DNA of 64,000 bases from a virus (lineage: Duplodnaviria > Caudoviricetes): positions 4,883 to 68,882 of the IMG/VR virus record IMGVR_UViG_3300020048_000120. One strand, written 5' to 3'. Each line of letters begins with the position of its first letter. Position 1 is the first letter of the stretch. This document shows, piece after piece, positions 10,209-21,081 of this stretch. The translations under genes were made by a program, and so were the position numbers. A model generated the notes under the pieces. The model did no database searches and was not told the DNA's origin. It worked only from the letters and a program-made list of their open reading frames with translations.

Positions 10209-11338
10209 TAAATTGTTCCTTCCAGGACATTAGACAAGATAATTAATTTAGCACTATCTAGCATATGCTTTTTATTTATCTCATCTATCAATAATGGAAC
10301 TATGTTTGTCTTAGTTATAGTTATAGGTGTATAGTCGTTTTCAAAATTAACTGATACATCTTTAACTATAGGCTCATCGAAGTTTACTTTACTAAAATAA
10401 AACATTGGAAATTTTATTTTAAGTTCTTCGAACCCTATGAATATTGGATGTTCCATTTTAGCTTTGATTCTGATATAAGAATTATCTGGTAACTTAGATA
10501 AAACTTTAACGATGGTTTCTAATGATCTATCAATATCTAAAGATTTTAATTCTATAGTTTTAAAGATTCTGGCTTCTTTATTTTCTATAAAATTAAAACT
10601 ACTTTCTCCAGATTTAGATAAATAACAAACAATTCCACCTTTAGCTTCTTCTTCACCATGTGCTAATCTAGTAAAAGATCCTTGAGCAAGTATTCTATCG
10701 TAGGTACTAAATGAATGTATGTGGCCTACATTAATAAAGTATTTAGTAATAGATAAATAATCATCCTCATTATGAGTTTGAGTGCTATTAGGCGAATAAG
10801 GCATTTGATACTTAAAACCGCCATGCATAATAGTTATATCCACTTGCTCAAGATTGTTATCTTTTAAGAGCTGTTTAACTTGTTTAAAAGTTGTAACAGC
10901 ATCTGCTGTCCATTCATCTGGCAAATAAAGTATATGTAATTGTAAATCTTCAAGAAACTCTATAGAAAGTGTATCTATATATCTAAAATAAATTGGTATA
11001 GTACCTGTTTTAAGTATAGTATCTGCTATTTTAGACTGACCCCAATCATGGCTTGGAGTGCCTTCCAGTATACGTAGCACTATATCAAATCTATTACAAA
11101 AATTAAATAACCTAGATAACCAAATTATTATCTCGTGTACATCAATACTGGCAAAATCTAATAGACTATCAAATAAATCACCAGCAATAAAAATAATATC
11201 TAAATTACTAAATTGACTATTTATACTAAAATCATCAAAATATTTTGTAAGATTAGAAATAATTTCAGATGTCTTAACTTTTCTATGGCCAAAATGTATG
11301 TCTGATAGTACTAAGTATTTTAAGTCTTTAGTAATCAT
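10208..11338 (-). CDS. SbcD/Mre11-like metallophosphoesterase nuclease (phiKZ gp65-like)
   Basis: Calcineurin-like motifs SDIHFG, AGDLFD, EGTPSHD, HGGF and GHIH. Confidence 0.85.
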   Translation of the reverse strand: MITKDLKYLVLSDIHFGHRKVKTSEIISNLTKYFDDFSINSQFSNLDIIFIAGDLFDSLLDFASIDVHEIIIWLSRLFNFCNRFDIVLRILEGTPSHDWGQSKIADTILKTGTIPIYFRYIDTLSIEFLEDLQLHILYLPDEWTADAVTTFKQVKQLLKDNNLEQVDITIMHGGFKYQMPYSPNSTQTHNEDDYLSITKYFINVGHIHSFSTYDRILAQGSFTRLAHGEEEAKGGIVCYLSKSGESSFNFIENKEARIFKTIELKSLDIDRSLETIVKVLSKLPDNSYIRIKAKMEHPIFIGFEELKIKFPMFYFSKVNFDEPIVKDVSVNFENDYTPITITKTNIVPLLIDEINKKHMLDSAKLIILSNVLEGTI

Positions 11339-11347
11339 AATAATAAC

Positions 11348-11557
11348 CTATCTAGATAAATATTTACTTTGTAAATAATCAGCTAATAAAGGACAATCTA
11401 CATCATTACATACTTTACTATTTGAAAACTTACATTTTCCAATTACAGGATCATTTGATAATTCACATGAACTATTTTGTTCTACAGGAGTACTTTTAAA
11501 TTTTTTAAAAAAAAATACTATTTTGTTTTTAATAGACAACATCATCATTATCTTCAC
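11348..11557 (-). CDS. Small hypothetical protein
   Basis: 69 aa ORF filling the gap between co-oriented genes. Confidence 0.35.
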   Translation of the reverse strand: MKIMMMLSIKNKIVFFFKKFKSTPVEQNSSCELSNDPVIGKCKFSNSKVCNDVDCPLLADYLQSKYLSR

Positions 11558-12071
11558 TATTAGTAACTACATTAGTGGTCTTTGTTACAGTGTTTTGTAT
11601 TCCGTAATATTCCATGATAGACTTCCATCTGTCTGCATTATGAGTATTAATTTTAGGTTCTACACTTACATTAAATTTACTATCTAATGCATCGGCTAAA
11701 AATCTTTCACCTACTATAGCCATAGCAGAAGAACGTATTTCATAGTCACTAATAATCTCACTTAAAGAACTTGATGAATTATTATTAATAGGATCTATCT
11801 TAATAATACCTGTATCTAAAATAGGTGGGACAGTAAATAAAACATTACCTGTAATATCATCAATTACATCTACTTCGTTCATTGCTGTTCCAGCTATACC
11901 TACCCATGTACTTAATACAGTATTATCAGTAGTATCTTGGCCAGAAAAAAATGGTAAAAATGAATTTTTAAATATAGGTTCAGGGATAGTGGCGTTATAT
12001 TTCTTAGTAACTAATTCTTCATAAAAGAAATTAGTAGTTTCTTGCATATCTTTTTCACGGGGATTATTCAT
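11529..12071 (-). CDS. Conserved chimallivirus hypothetical protein
   Basis: IPE.IF...FLPFFSG...W..IAG.....VDV.D...G.VLFTVPP pattern recalled from the phiKZ-like core block. Confidence 0.55.
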   Translation of the reverse strand: MNNPREKDMQETTNFFYEELVTKKYNATIPEPIFKNSFLPFFSGQDTTDNTVLSTWVGIAGTAMNEVDVIDDITGNVLFTVPPILDTGIIKIDPINNNSSSSLSEIISDYEIRSSAMAIVGERFLADALDSKFNVSVEPKINTHNADRWKSIMEYYGIQNTVTKTTNVVTNSEDNDDVVY

Positions 12072-12146
12072 GATTGTCTCTTTAAAGTTAGGTTAATGCA
12101 GCACTCATTATATTAGTAGACATAATATTTAATTACAGGTAAAATA

Positions 12147-12176
12147 CCGCCAGCTATCGGTAGCTGGCGGTATTTT
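12147..12176 (-). terminator. Intrinsic terminator hairpin
   Basis: AATACCGCCAGCTA-TCGG-TAGCTGGCGGTATT palindrome flanked by A/T tracts. Confidence 0.75.
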
Positions 12177-12261
12177 ATTTCTACAAATGAAACTATTTAA
12201 TTAAAAACACGTATTACTTCACGATGGTCAAGAATATTACACTCATTGCTAGATAAATAGA

Positions 12262-15200
12262 TTATGTATAATATCTATCAAATATATAAACTGCACCGCC
12301 ATTTTGATAGCCGCCCATCATGGCACCAGGTCCTCCAACTACAAGATATCTACTATTAGGTGTCAAAGCTCCTATCAATGTACTAGGGTGGTATGGTAAA
12401 AATTTATCAGTGGTATAAAGCGTAGGTTGTTTTACCCATGCGCCATTAACTTTAAAGAACACGAAGTACGACGCCCCGTTAACTGAATTCACTGACGGAT
12501 ATTTTAGAACAATAATACAAGTTCCTGCAGCATCCACAAGTATAGAAGATCCAAAAGTGCCGTCAGTAATATCGGCACCTGCATCTAATTTAGCTTCTTG
12601 TAACCATGTTTCACCATCAAAAATAAATACATATACTCCCCCAGCGGTAATTACATTGCCTGTAGTAGATGAACCTATGACTAATTGTTCTCCACTAGCA
12701 TTAAATTTTAAATCTTTGCCGAAGTAGCCATTATTCTTTCTATCACCAGACACTATTATAGTTTCATATGCCCAGGTTGACCCATCGCGCCTATAAATGT
12801 ATGCAGCTCCTTCATTGTGAAACTCAGTAGTGGATGCATATGCATTACCCACTGCTACTCGTTGGCCTAATGCATCTATAGCAACTGAAATCTCAAAAGA
12901 ACCTCCGCCACTATATGGTATTTCAACATCATAAACTAAATTCCAACTTGTCCCATCAAAAGCGTATATTAATAATACATTATAAAACAATGATAACTGG
13001 CCAATATATGGGTCGTGCATACAGTTGCCAAGAATGGCCAAATAATTGCCATCTGTGCTTAATGCTTTCTTACTAGCACTAAAAAATGGTACGCCATAGT
13101 CTGCCGAAGTTATTATTGTTTGTACCAAAATCCAATTCATACTATCGGAAGGATCCCGTTTATATACAAAGATTTTATCATTAATGTCAGTAACTAATAG
13201 ATAAGAACCATCATAATTGAAAAATAAAGTTTTACTAAAATTTGTATTAGCCAATGGTGGTGATGCTGTTATTTTTTGTTCTAGTATCCAACTTATGCCA
13301 TTAAATTTATATATAAAAACCTTACCGCATTTCTCTATAACATCAACAAGTTCACTAGGGCGACCATCGCCATATTTTCTCTCAGTCCTAACAGCAGACT
13401 CTGTTAATGGCATATCTGGAGTTACTACTATAATCAGTGACTCTGTGGTGCCTACAGCTATTAGCAGGCCATCACCCGATACAGTTACACTCTGACCATA
13501 CCCAGTCCCAGTGCTTACAGTTGGGATAAGTTTAACAGTCTCAGTGTATGGTAAATATACTTCATTAGTAGTAAATTGAACTGAAGGGCTATATTCACCA
13601 TTAAAAATATCTTCATATACATATCTAACTCGTAAATAATAAACAGTATTGGCTAATAATCCAGTAATTATAGTTTTAGTGACAGACAACTTATCAGGAT
13701 ACAAACGCTTATATATAGCTACATCAGTTTCTGTAATAATAGTTACACCGGTAGTGAAATCTGAAGAGGTAGATAGTTCCCACTCTGATTTACTTAATGT
13801 TGCGATGTTCTGTATAGCAGTCGCTTCCACATACAATAATCTATTAATATCCATATTACTAGAAAGTAATATCTCAGGTATCGTTAATCCATGTGCAAAT
13901 ATATTACTGTACGGACTTACCTGGCCATCATCTAAGATAAAGCTGACCCTATAATAACGGCCATTGTGTTCAGAATTCGGCACATCATACTGATTCAAAT
14001 GGTTTGCTGGGAATACGATTACAGTAGGATCGGTGAAAGCAACGTCTGCTGAAACTTCACACTTAAGTTGATATGGTATAAGACTACCCGGCACTTTAGA
14101 TTTTACAGTGATTACCACCGATATATCAGAACCAGCGCCTGATATAAATGGCACCTCTATTTCAAAATATTCCTCAGTGCTCGGTGCATTTGCGTCAGGT
14201 TCTAGTATAAGTAAATTTCTATAGTAGTGTGGCTGAGCAAGATTACCGCTGCAAACTAATGTACTCCCATCATTACTTATAAATAATGCTGCAGAGAAAT
14301 GATCTGAAGGTGCGAAATAGTATGGTTTATTTTTACTATGCAGCGACCATGAATACCCAATCCTCACATATTTATTAAAATATTTATATGTCCCTAGATC
14401 TGTCGTTATAGAAGAATAAATAACAGAGCAGTCGTCATTTGTTGCATATAGCTGTCCTACAAGATGGTGCGATGGATCCTCATCAATTATATTATCTATT
14501 ACCTTCCAATCCTCCCCGTCTGGTGCAAATACTTGCAACACTTGGTGGTTAGGATAATCAATTAACACAGGCATATTAAATTGGTCTATTTCATGTTTAA
14601 TTAAGGTAATTGATGCTGGGATCACTAACAAAGATCCATCTGATGATATTTTAATATCTCCAAGACCAAACTCTCCCCAGTGTGTAGGTACCGCGGTAGA
14701 GCGGCATGTGCCGGAAAGCGTGTAGCCACCGAGGCCTCCACTATACACATAAACTGCCTTTTTAAGATCAACATTTAGAAAATGAGTACCTAACACATAA
14801 TGAGGCGCTGCTATTGCCAGTGTATTAGAGTCGCTAGCTATAGATACAGAATAACCGAAACTATTACTAAAATGCTGCCCTGCAATCACACCAAATTGCA
14901 GTGTATTTTCTCCTTCCGAAATAAAAAACGATTCCTCTTTTATTCTTTGTATAAATGTTATGTTTGTTAATACAGTAGTATCATAAACAAAGACAGCTCC
15001 AAAGTTTGAACAATCTGAATATGAACCATTGATAACTGATGGGTTATTTATGTAAGTGGGGCAACCTATTGCAAGTATTGTACCATCTCTATTTGTTGCA
15101 GCACAATGGTAGCCGATAGATTGATCACTATCATAGACAACTATTTCGGCTTTTTTTGACCATGTATTATTATTCTGATCTAGTTCATATGCTAAACATA

Positions 15201-16266
15201 TTTTGGTATATTCTAAAAAGATACTTAGGTTGGTGACTATAAATATTCTAGTTCCATCGAAATTTATAGCCACATCTTTATGAGTTAAATCAAAAACAAT
15301 ACTACTACTGTCCGATATTATATACCCTTCTCTTTCCCAAGAATTAGATACGTGTCTATGTATTATCAATCTAAACCCGCCGTTCCCCCATGAGATTTTG
15401 CTAACTATACATTTTCCATCACCAGATAATGCGAGAACGTCACTATAAGCACGAACTACTGCAGTTTCTTCAAAACCAGTAATGAGTGGGATAACAGTAA
15501 AAGAAACAATATTACTCCATGGACTTTCTAAGCGATTATTATCACGATATAGAGATCTAATAAAATATATTTTAGTCGATACTAACTCTTTCAAATACTG
15601 TTTGTCCAGAGACAACCAATCTACCACACACTCAAACTGTGCACCATATAAATCGAAAAACCCTACTCTATCATCAATATTGAAATTAGGCGAAGTAGAA
15701 ATTTCCCATACGGCGCTATCTTGAGTTGCTAAACTATTTCTACTAGTAAATCTAGTATTAATAATAGTGAACTTTCTGTCTATTTCGGGATCACCGGTGA
15801 CTGGCACAAGTATTGTTGGCGCATCAGGTGGGTATGATGACCCCGTAGGATCATCAGTAATGGGAAGCGTAACCACGACACTTACAAGTTGACAATTTAT
15901 AATAAATCCACCATTGCCCAATGTACCATCTGGGTAATATGTGATTTTATCTTCTTCTCTTTCACAATATCCGTTAATGCCAGTTATATTATAATCAGTA
16001 AATGAATCATAATTTAAAATATAAAGATCAACTGGCTCAGTTGGTGTTGTTGTATTAGGGCCTTCTATTATACTATATTTAGATAATACTTCGTCTGATA
16101 AATCTATAGTTAAAAGTTTGTCATAGACTGGTAAAGGATTATTATTAGAATCAACTGCAAACAATTCCACTGAGTCAGAAGTATTATTTTTAACAAGATA
16201 TAATTCATGTGATGATAATGTGTTAGGTAATTCTGTTACTTTATGTAGAGTAATTAGTTCGGTCAT
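12262..16266 (-). CDS. Large modular surface/fibre-like protein (Fn3-like plus beta-propeller repeats)
   Basis: Repeated FG.SV.IS.DG..LA.GA-like blades and two W(E)(I/L)STS.(N/D)F Fn3-like modules; N-terminal HKVTELP..L....LYL.K module shared with neighbours. Confidence 0.65.
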   Translation of the reverse strand: MTELITLHKVTELPNTLSSHELYLVKNNTSDSVELFAVDSNNNPLPVYDKLLTIDLSDEVLSKYSIIEGPNTTTPTEPVDLYILNYDSFTDYNITGINGYCEREEDKITYYPDGTLGNGGFIINCQLVSVVVTLPITDDPTGSSYPPDAPTILVPVTGDPEIDRKFTIINTRFTSRNSLATQDSAVWEISTSPNFNIDDRVGFFDLYGAQFECVVDWLSLDKQYLKELVSTKIYFIRSLYRDNNRLESPWSNIVSFTVIPLITGFEETAVVRAYSDVLALSGDGKCIVSKISWGNGGFRLIIHRHVSNSWEREGYIISDSSSIVFDLTHKDVAINFDGTRIFIVTNLSIFLEYTKICLAYELDQNNNTWSKKAEIVVYDSDQSIGYHCAATNRDGTILAIGCPTYINNPSVINGSYSDCSNFGAVFVYDTTVLTNITFIQRIKEESFFISEGENTLQFGVIAGQHFSNSFGYSVSIASDSNTLAIAAPHYVLGTHFLNVDLKKAVYVYSGGLGGYTLSGTCRSTAVPTHWGEFGLGDIKISSDGSLLVIPASITLIKHEIDQFNMPVLIDYPNHQVLQVFAPDGEDWKVIDNIIDEDPSHHLVGQLYATNDDCSVIYSSITTDLGTYKYFNKYVRIGYSWSLHSKNKPYYFAPSDHFSAALFISNDGSTLVCSGNLAQPHYYRNLLILEPDANAPSTEEYFEIEVPFISGAGSDISVVITVKSKVPGSLIPYQLKCEVSADVAFTDPTVIVFPANHLNQYDVPNSEHNGRYYRVSFILDDGQVSPYSNIFAHGLTIPEILLSSNMDINRLLYVEATAIQNIATLSKSEWELSTSSDFTTGVTIITETDVAIYKRLYPDKLSVTKTIITGLLANTVYYLRVRYVYEDIFNGEYSPSVQFTTNEVYLPYTETVKLIPTVSTGTGYGQSVTVSGDGLLIAVGTTESLIIVVTPDMPLTESAVRTERKYGDGRPSELVDVIEKCGKVFIYKFNGISWILEQKITASPPLANTNFSKTLFFNYDGSYLLVTDINDKIFVYKRDPSDSMNWILVQTIITSADYGVPFFSASKKALSTDGNYLAILGNCMHDPYIGQLSLFYNVLLIYAFDGTSWNLVYDVEIPYSGGGSFEISVAIDALGQRVAVGNAYASTTEFHNEGAAYIYRRDGSTWAYETIIVSGDRKNNGYFGKDLKFNASGEQLVIGSSTTGNVITAGGVYVFIFDGETWLQEAKLDAGADITDGTFGSSILVDAAGTCIIVLKYPSVNSVNGASYFVFFKVNGAWVKQPTLYTTDKFLPYHPSTLIGALTPNSRYLVVGGPGAMMGGYQNGGAVYIFDRYYT

Positions 16267-16278
16267 TATTATTTTCCT

Positions 16279-18270
16279 TTATTCAAAAATGTAAACTGAA
16301 CCACCAGACCATGCGTTAGGATCTGGATAAACATCTTTATAGTAAGCAGCAATAATAACCTTGCTACCTGAATCATCGAACGATAATGAATTTCCAAAAT
16401 AATCACGTCCTTCAAGATTGCTAGCTTTTAATTTATGTTTGTATGTTATATCAGCACCATCTCTACTAAAAATAAATACAGCACCATTTCCTGACCCACC
16501 GTTAGTTATATCTCCAACACCTAATACAGTACCATTCTTATTCATAGCTACTGAATATCCAAAATAATTTCCTAATTCAGGTTCAACTGAGTCAATAGTA
16601 CTTTCTAAATTCCACGATGTACCATTATATGCATAAATATAAACTTGTTCATTATCGTCATCGCCTATTAAAAAACAAGTACCTGTTTCATTTATAGCTA
16701 TACTAGTAAAATTAATTGTTACTCCATTTGTATCGTATAGCAAAGTAAACTCTTTAATCCAAGATCCATTTTTATATTTATACAATGTCATATCTTGATC
16801 GTATTGATTATTAAGAGAGTGTGTAGCTATAACAGTTAAACCATCACCACTAATAAACGTCTTTATAAAATTTACATTATCAGTTTCACTATAATCCAAA
16901 CTCCATGTTGTATCAGTTCGTTTATAAATCAATAATGTACTATAAGGCAATTCAACATCACTATCATATACAGTAAATACTATAGTTTTCCCATCGCTAT
17001 CCATAGCCACTGCCGGAGGTGAGTTACCCCAACCATCTGCTGGAATTCTTGTCTCCATTTCCCATATAGTACCAGTGCGTTTATATACATAAATATTACC
17101 TGGAGTACCATATTGACTGCTAAAATGAAAGCTAATGAATCTAGTTCCGGTGTTATCAATAGAAAGACTATGTCCGAACATTTCACCGTCAACTAATGTA
17201 TCTGGGTATATTATAGCTTCTTCTGTCCAACCTGTGGGCTCACGTCTATAAACGTATACAGTACCTATTTCCCATAAGTTTAAAGATTCATAACTTTTAT
17301 TATAGGCTGAAACAAAAACCCTACTTCCGTTTCCTGTCATTTCAACATCCCAGCCATAGTTATCGTACATATATCTATTACTGGCTATTAATATACCTGT
17401 TTCTGTAGTTGGTACGGATAAGCTTTTAGTAGTAAAACTAATTATATTACTCCAATCACTTACTCTATTGCCATCATCAAACCATCTACATCTAATATGA
17501 TAATTTGTTTCTGGCGATAGACTATCTGTAATTACTATATTGTTATCTTCATCTGTTTTTCTAATATTAAACATTTGACATTGTAATAGATTACCACTGT
17601 CATCTGAACTAACAGTACCAACTATGCTACTCGTACTAAAGTCTGAACTAGTTGCTATTTCCCAAATAGTCTTAGCATGTGTAGCTGTAACTAATTCACT
17701 ACTAAAGGCACTTATTATTACAGTGTGATCTATAATAACTTCAATTGCATTATTAGTTGGCGTTAATATGATAGGTGGATTTGGATTCATACTACGTTCA
17801 GTTATAGTAATATCTATAGTACGATTATTAATTATTATATTACCCAAACCTGATTCTATACTTGGATCAGGAAAATATTTAAAAGTAAATAAATTTAAAA
17901 ATTCTATAGTTCCTAAATCTGACGTAACATTATAAGTAGTATCTATATCAAAATTAGTTATAGTGTAAATACCAAATGACCGACTTACTACACTGGTTGG
18001 TCCAGATATAGTAGGATATCTTTCTCTATAAGTTTCGAGTTCACTATTAATAGTTGACATGATAGCATCAGTATTATAATGCAAATATGTATCAGTACCA
18101 TTTAAATCTGTAATGTTTATATTAAAATATGGTATTTCATTAGCATATAGATCGTCACATGAAAGATTACCACTAGTATCATTATTTGGTTTTAATAAAT
18201 ATAATGCATTCTTTTCTAAGGTAGCTGGTAATTCAGTTACCTTATGTATGGACATATTAGTATCGGTCAT
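16279..18270 (-). CDS. Modular surface/fibre-like protein (Fn3-like plus beta-propeller)
   Basis: Same architecture (WEIATSSDF; FGHSLSIDNTG; FGYSVAMNKNG; FGNSLSFDDSG). Confidence 0.65.
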   Translation of the reverse strand: MTDTNMSIHKVTELPATLEKNALYLLKPNNDTSGNLSCDDLYANEIPYFNINITDLNGTDTYLHYNTDAIMSTINSELETYRERYPTISGPTSVVSRSFGIYTITNFDIDTTYNVTSDLGTIEFLNLFTFKYFPDPSIESGLGNIIINNRTIDITITERSMNPNPPIILTPTNNAIEVIIDHTVIISAFSSELVTATHAKTIWEIATSSDFSTSSIVGTVSSDDSGNLLQCQMFNIRKTDEDNNIVITDSLSPETNYHIRCRWFDDGNRVSDWSNIISFTTKSLSVPTTETGILIASNRYMYDNYGWDVEMTGNGSRVFVSAYNKSYESLNLWEIGTVYVYRREPTGWTEEAIIYPDTLVDGEMFGHSLSIDNTGTRFISFHFSSQYGTPGNIYVYKRTGTIWEMETRIPADGWGNSPPAVAMDSDGKTIVFTVYDSDVELPYSTLLIYKRTDTTWSLDYSETDNVNFIKTFISGDGLTVIATHSLNNQYDQDMTLYKYKNGSWIKEFTLLYDTNGVTINFTSIAINETGTCFLIGDDDNEQVYIYAYNGTSWNLESTIDSVEPELGNYFGYSVAMNKNGTVLGVGDITNGGSGNGAVFIFSRDGADITYKHKLKASNLEGRDYFGNSLSFDDSGSKVIIAAYYKDVYPDPNAWSGGSVYIFE
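18190..18270 (-). repeat. 81-bp direct repeat, copy A (5' end of gene)
   Basis: Matches 19767-19847 with 2 mismatches; encodes MTDTNMSIHKVTELPATLEKNALYLLK. Confidence 0.9.
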
Positions 18271-18296
18271 CTTGTATTTCCTTTTTCATATATAAT

Positions 18297-18710
18297 TTAA
18301 CTGTTAATTATAGAGATTATTTTTTCTATAGTTGTGTCAACTATATGTAACATTTTACCAACTACGTGTTCTTTACCATTTTTATCTGTAAATTTAATAT
18401 ATATACTTATTTGACCTTTACTGGGTTCCTCTATATTAGGTACTTCAGATACTTCTACTAATACTTTATCGAAATATCTACTGAAATATAAATATAAAGT
18501 TTGTTGAGTTAAAGTAACTGTTTGATTTATATCTTTTTGTGTCTCTAATAATATCCATGGTAATGAACTTATAGATTTATGATAGATATAACTTTGAGAA
18601 TAATCTGATAAAAAAAACCAACTAAGTAAATAATCACATATTTTCATTGGACTAGATACCCAACCATCTTCTGATAAAGTAGGGCATTTAAATGTATCTG
18701 TCGACATCAT
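18297..18710 (-). CDS. Conserved chimallivirus small protein (possible baseplate wedge/gp25-like)
   Basis: PTLS..GWV.....I.DYLL..FF.SDYSQS pattern recalled from phiKZ-like core genes. Confidence 0.5.
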   Translation of the reverse strand: MMSTDTFKCPTLSEDGWVSSPMKICDYLLSWFFLSDYSQSYIYHKSISSLPWILLETQKDINQTVTLTQQTLYLYFSRYFDKVLVEVSEVPNIEEPSKGQISIYIKFTDKNGKEHVVGKMLHIVDTTIEKIISIINS

Positions 18711-18728
18711 ATTAGTTTCCTTAATATA

Positions 18729-19847
18729 TTAACTATCTTGAGAATAAATTTCTATATTAGTTATAATAGCATCATATAAACCACTGTCAGCAGAATCTAA
18801 CATAATGTATTCTATTTGAGGACCAGCTATTATCATAGTGTCAATCCATGTACCGACATCTCTTGGTGGAAAATAATCCCAACCTATACTTGGACTAGAC
18901 TGACCGTCTACTACAGTATAACTAATTCTTATCTCTATAGCATTTAAATCTAACAATGCTTGTTTAGGAACTATGGCGTCGCCTATGCTACTAAATCCAA
19001 TATATGTATTGTTAACATAAGCAGCGTCTCCAGGTGACCAATATGTTGTTCCCATTACTGTTTTCCATGAAAAAACAGGACCAATAACTGTTGGTTCCAT
19101 GACAGTTTTAAAGCTTACAAGTTCATTTGTTAAATCACTATGATTATCAGTATCGCTGTAGTAAACAGCTGATATAATATACTTAGTATTAAATAATAAA
19201 TCTGATAAAGTTATAGTGGTTAAATCACCAGAGTCAATTGTTCTAAAATCATTTATTAGAATATTATTATCTAAATAACTTATATTCCAAATAGTTTTAC
19301 TATGTGTATAATAGTTATCTTTTTCTGATGAAAATTCACTTAAAGTAATAGTTACAGGACCATCTACTAAACTATTTTCAATAGGACCAGATACTAGAGT
19401 TGGTTTAAATATAACTGGTTCTTGTACCGATAATATTACTTTACGATCATTTATTAAAAAATCGACTTCCCCTATTATTTCACCTGGATTATATATTATC
19501 TCATTATTTTCAATATTAATTGTACCATTACTAGCGGTTATTGTATAATCTATAGATGAAGAATAATCGGTAATAGTAAATCTTGTATCTGCGTTATATG
19601 GTATTTCAAAAAAATTACTAACTGGTCTACTTAATGCTGGTAATGTTGCTCGTCTTATTTCAAATGCTACTCTAGTATCATTTAGAGTAATTATAGGACT
19701 AGATGCACTGTATTGCTTATTAGCATCTTTATCTATTACTATTAAATTAGCATTTTCATTATTATCTTTTAATAAATATAATGCATTCTTTTCTAAAGTA
19801 GCTGGTAATTCAGTTACCTTATGTATGGACATATTAGTATCAGTCAT
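18729..19847 (-). CDS. Modular surface protein with shared N-terminal module and Fn3-like domain
   Basis: First 27 aa identical to the 16279-18270 protein; HSKTIWNIS Fn3-like segment; different C-terminus. Confidence 0.6.
   Translation of the reverse strand: MTDTNMSIHKVTELPATLEKNALYLLKDNNENANLIVIDKDANKQYSASSPIITLNDTRVAFEIRRATLPALSRPVSNFFEIPYNADTRFTITDYSSSIDYTITASNGTINIENNEIIYNPGEIIGEVDFLINDRKVILSVQEPVIFKPTLVSGPIENSLVDGPVTITLSEFSSEKDNYYTHSKTIWNISYLDNNILINDFRTIDSGDLTTITLSDLLFNTKYIISAVYYSDTDNHSDLTNELVSFKTVMEPTVIGPVFSWKTVMGTTYWSPGDAAYVNNTYIGFSSIGDAIVPKQALLDLNAIEIRISYTVVDGQSSPSIGWDYFPPRDVGTWIDTMIIAGPQIEYIMLDSADSGLYDAIITNIEIYSQDS
19767..19847 (-). repeat. 81-bp direct repeat, copy B
   Basis: See copy A at 18190-18270. 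Confidence 0.9.
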
Positions 19848-19857
19848 TTAAATTCCT

Positions 19858-20346
19858 TTATTGTTTAAACATGTAAACATCATCTACCATTAACCCATAT
19901 TGACCATAGCCGTAGCTGTATCTTTGTAATAAAACAGTGTGAGTACCGGCTGTAAGTGATATATTATTTAGTGTTTGAACGGTTTTAGCATTAGGTTGTC
20001 CAACTAAAGTACCGATATGTACACCGTCTATATAGACTAATAAACTTCTATTAGGACTATAAACTAAATTAAGAGTAGCAGATAGATAAGCCACGCAATC
20101 ATCATATACCTCGAACGTTTGTGAAAATGAATCACTATTCCACAATACAATATACCAACCACCTTCTGGATATGTGTACCAACCAGGATTGGGAGCATAG
20201 CAGTGTGCTCCATCGTGCAGTGTCCAATGATCAACTAATTTTGTAGGATTATCTGCGTTGCCACGATTATCAAATTTATTATTTAATAAAAACGCTGTTT
20301 GTGGATCACGATGTCCACTATTTTGTGCTATCATACTGTGTATCAT
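19858..20346 (-). CDS. Small beta-sandwich (carbohydrate-binding-like) protein
   Basis: Aromatic-rich sequence with VYIDGV..G and ISLTAGTHTV patterns typical of jelly-roll modules. Confidence 0.45.
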   Translation of the reverse strand: MIHSMIAQNSGHRDPQTAFLLNNKFDNRGNADNPTKLVDHWTLHDGAHCYAPNPGWYTYPEGGWYIVLWNSDSFSQTFEVYDDCVAYLSATLNLVYSPNRSLLVYIDGVHIGTLVGQPNAKTVQTLNNISLTAGTHTVLLQRYSYGYGQYGLMVDDVYMFKQ

Positions 20347-20436
20347 TTTGATTTCCTTTTAATGTCATTAAATCATATGATATCGAACAAAAAAAAAGAA
20401 CTCTCACTGCTGTGACGGCAATGAGAGTTCTATCTA

Positions 20437-21063
20437 TCATTGATAAATGGAGGTAGGGTCTGAATCAGCTTCCATAAATAATTTAGCTAATTCCCAATTA
20501 CTAAGTATAGTAAACTGCTCATCAACTAAAAGATCTCTATCTCCCTCATGAAGTTCTTCTATATAAGTTTTAGATACCCAGTCTAACGGACTGTCTGGAT
20601 CATCTATAACTTGAATAACCCCATTCATTACTCTTCTATAATCGTAATGATCATCTTTCACCATACCTGGTTCAACATCATAGTATGTATCTGAATAACC
20701 ATCACATTTTTGTTTTTGATACTGTTCACGAATATATGGATTAGCCATCATATATCGCTGCATCATCGGCTGTGCCGTTCTCAATTCGTCTAAAGATTCT
20801 AACGGAACTATGTCATTAGGATGAAATAAACCCTTTGCCATACGAACCGCATTTCTAGCTAATCTAATAGCATTAGAATCGTTGACTTTATTATAAATAT
20901 TTCTAGACGCCTCTATGAAACTTCTTCCTACATCATTTAATGTAGAGTTAAAGTTACTTAATTGCGCTAAAATGTAATTTTGATTCATCACATTTTGTTC
21001 TGGAAATACTAAATAGTCGAAACTACTAGGAGATTCAGCATTTATTACATTGATTGAACTCAT
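20437..21063 (-). CDS. Conserved chimallivirus hypothetical protein
   Basis: MQRYMMANP..R..Y....CDGYSD.Y.D..PG.V...HYDYRRVMNG pattern, in the core block after the beta'-like gene. Confidence 0.6.
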   Translation of the reverse strand: MSSINVINAESPSSFDYLVFPEQNVMNQNYILAQLSNFNSTLNDVGRSFIEASRNIYNKVNDSNAIRLARNAVRMAKGLFHPNDIVPLESLDELRTAQPMMQRYMMANPYIREQYQKQKCDGYSDTYYDVEPGMVKDDHYDYRRVMNGVIQVIDDPDSPLDWVSKTYIEELHEGDRDLLVDEQFTILSNWELAKLFMEADSDPTSIYQ

Positions 21064-21081
21064 ACCTACTCTCCTTAATAA

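Noticed and set aside
12262-19847. Diversity-generating retroelement or invertible shufflon acting on the fibre genes
   Set aside because: No reverse transcriptase or recombinase in the window, no adenine-specific template/variable repeat pair, and the shared repeat is direct and N-terminal.
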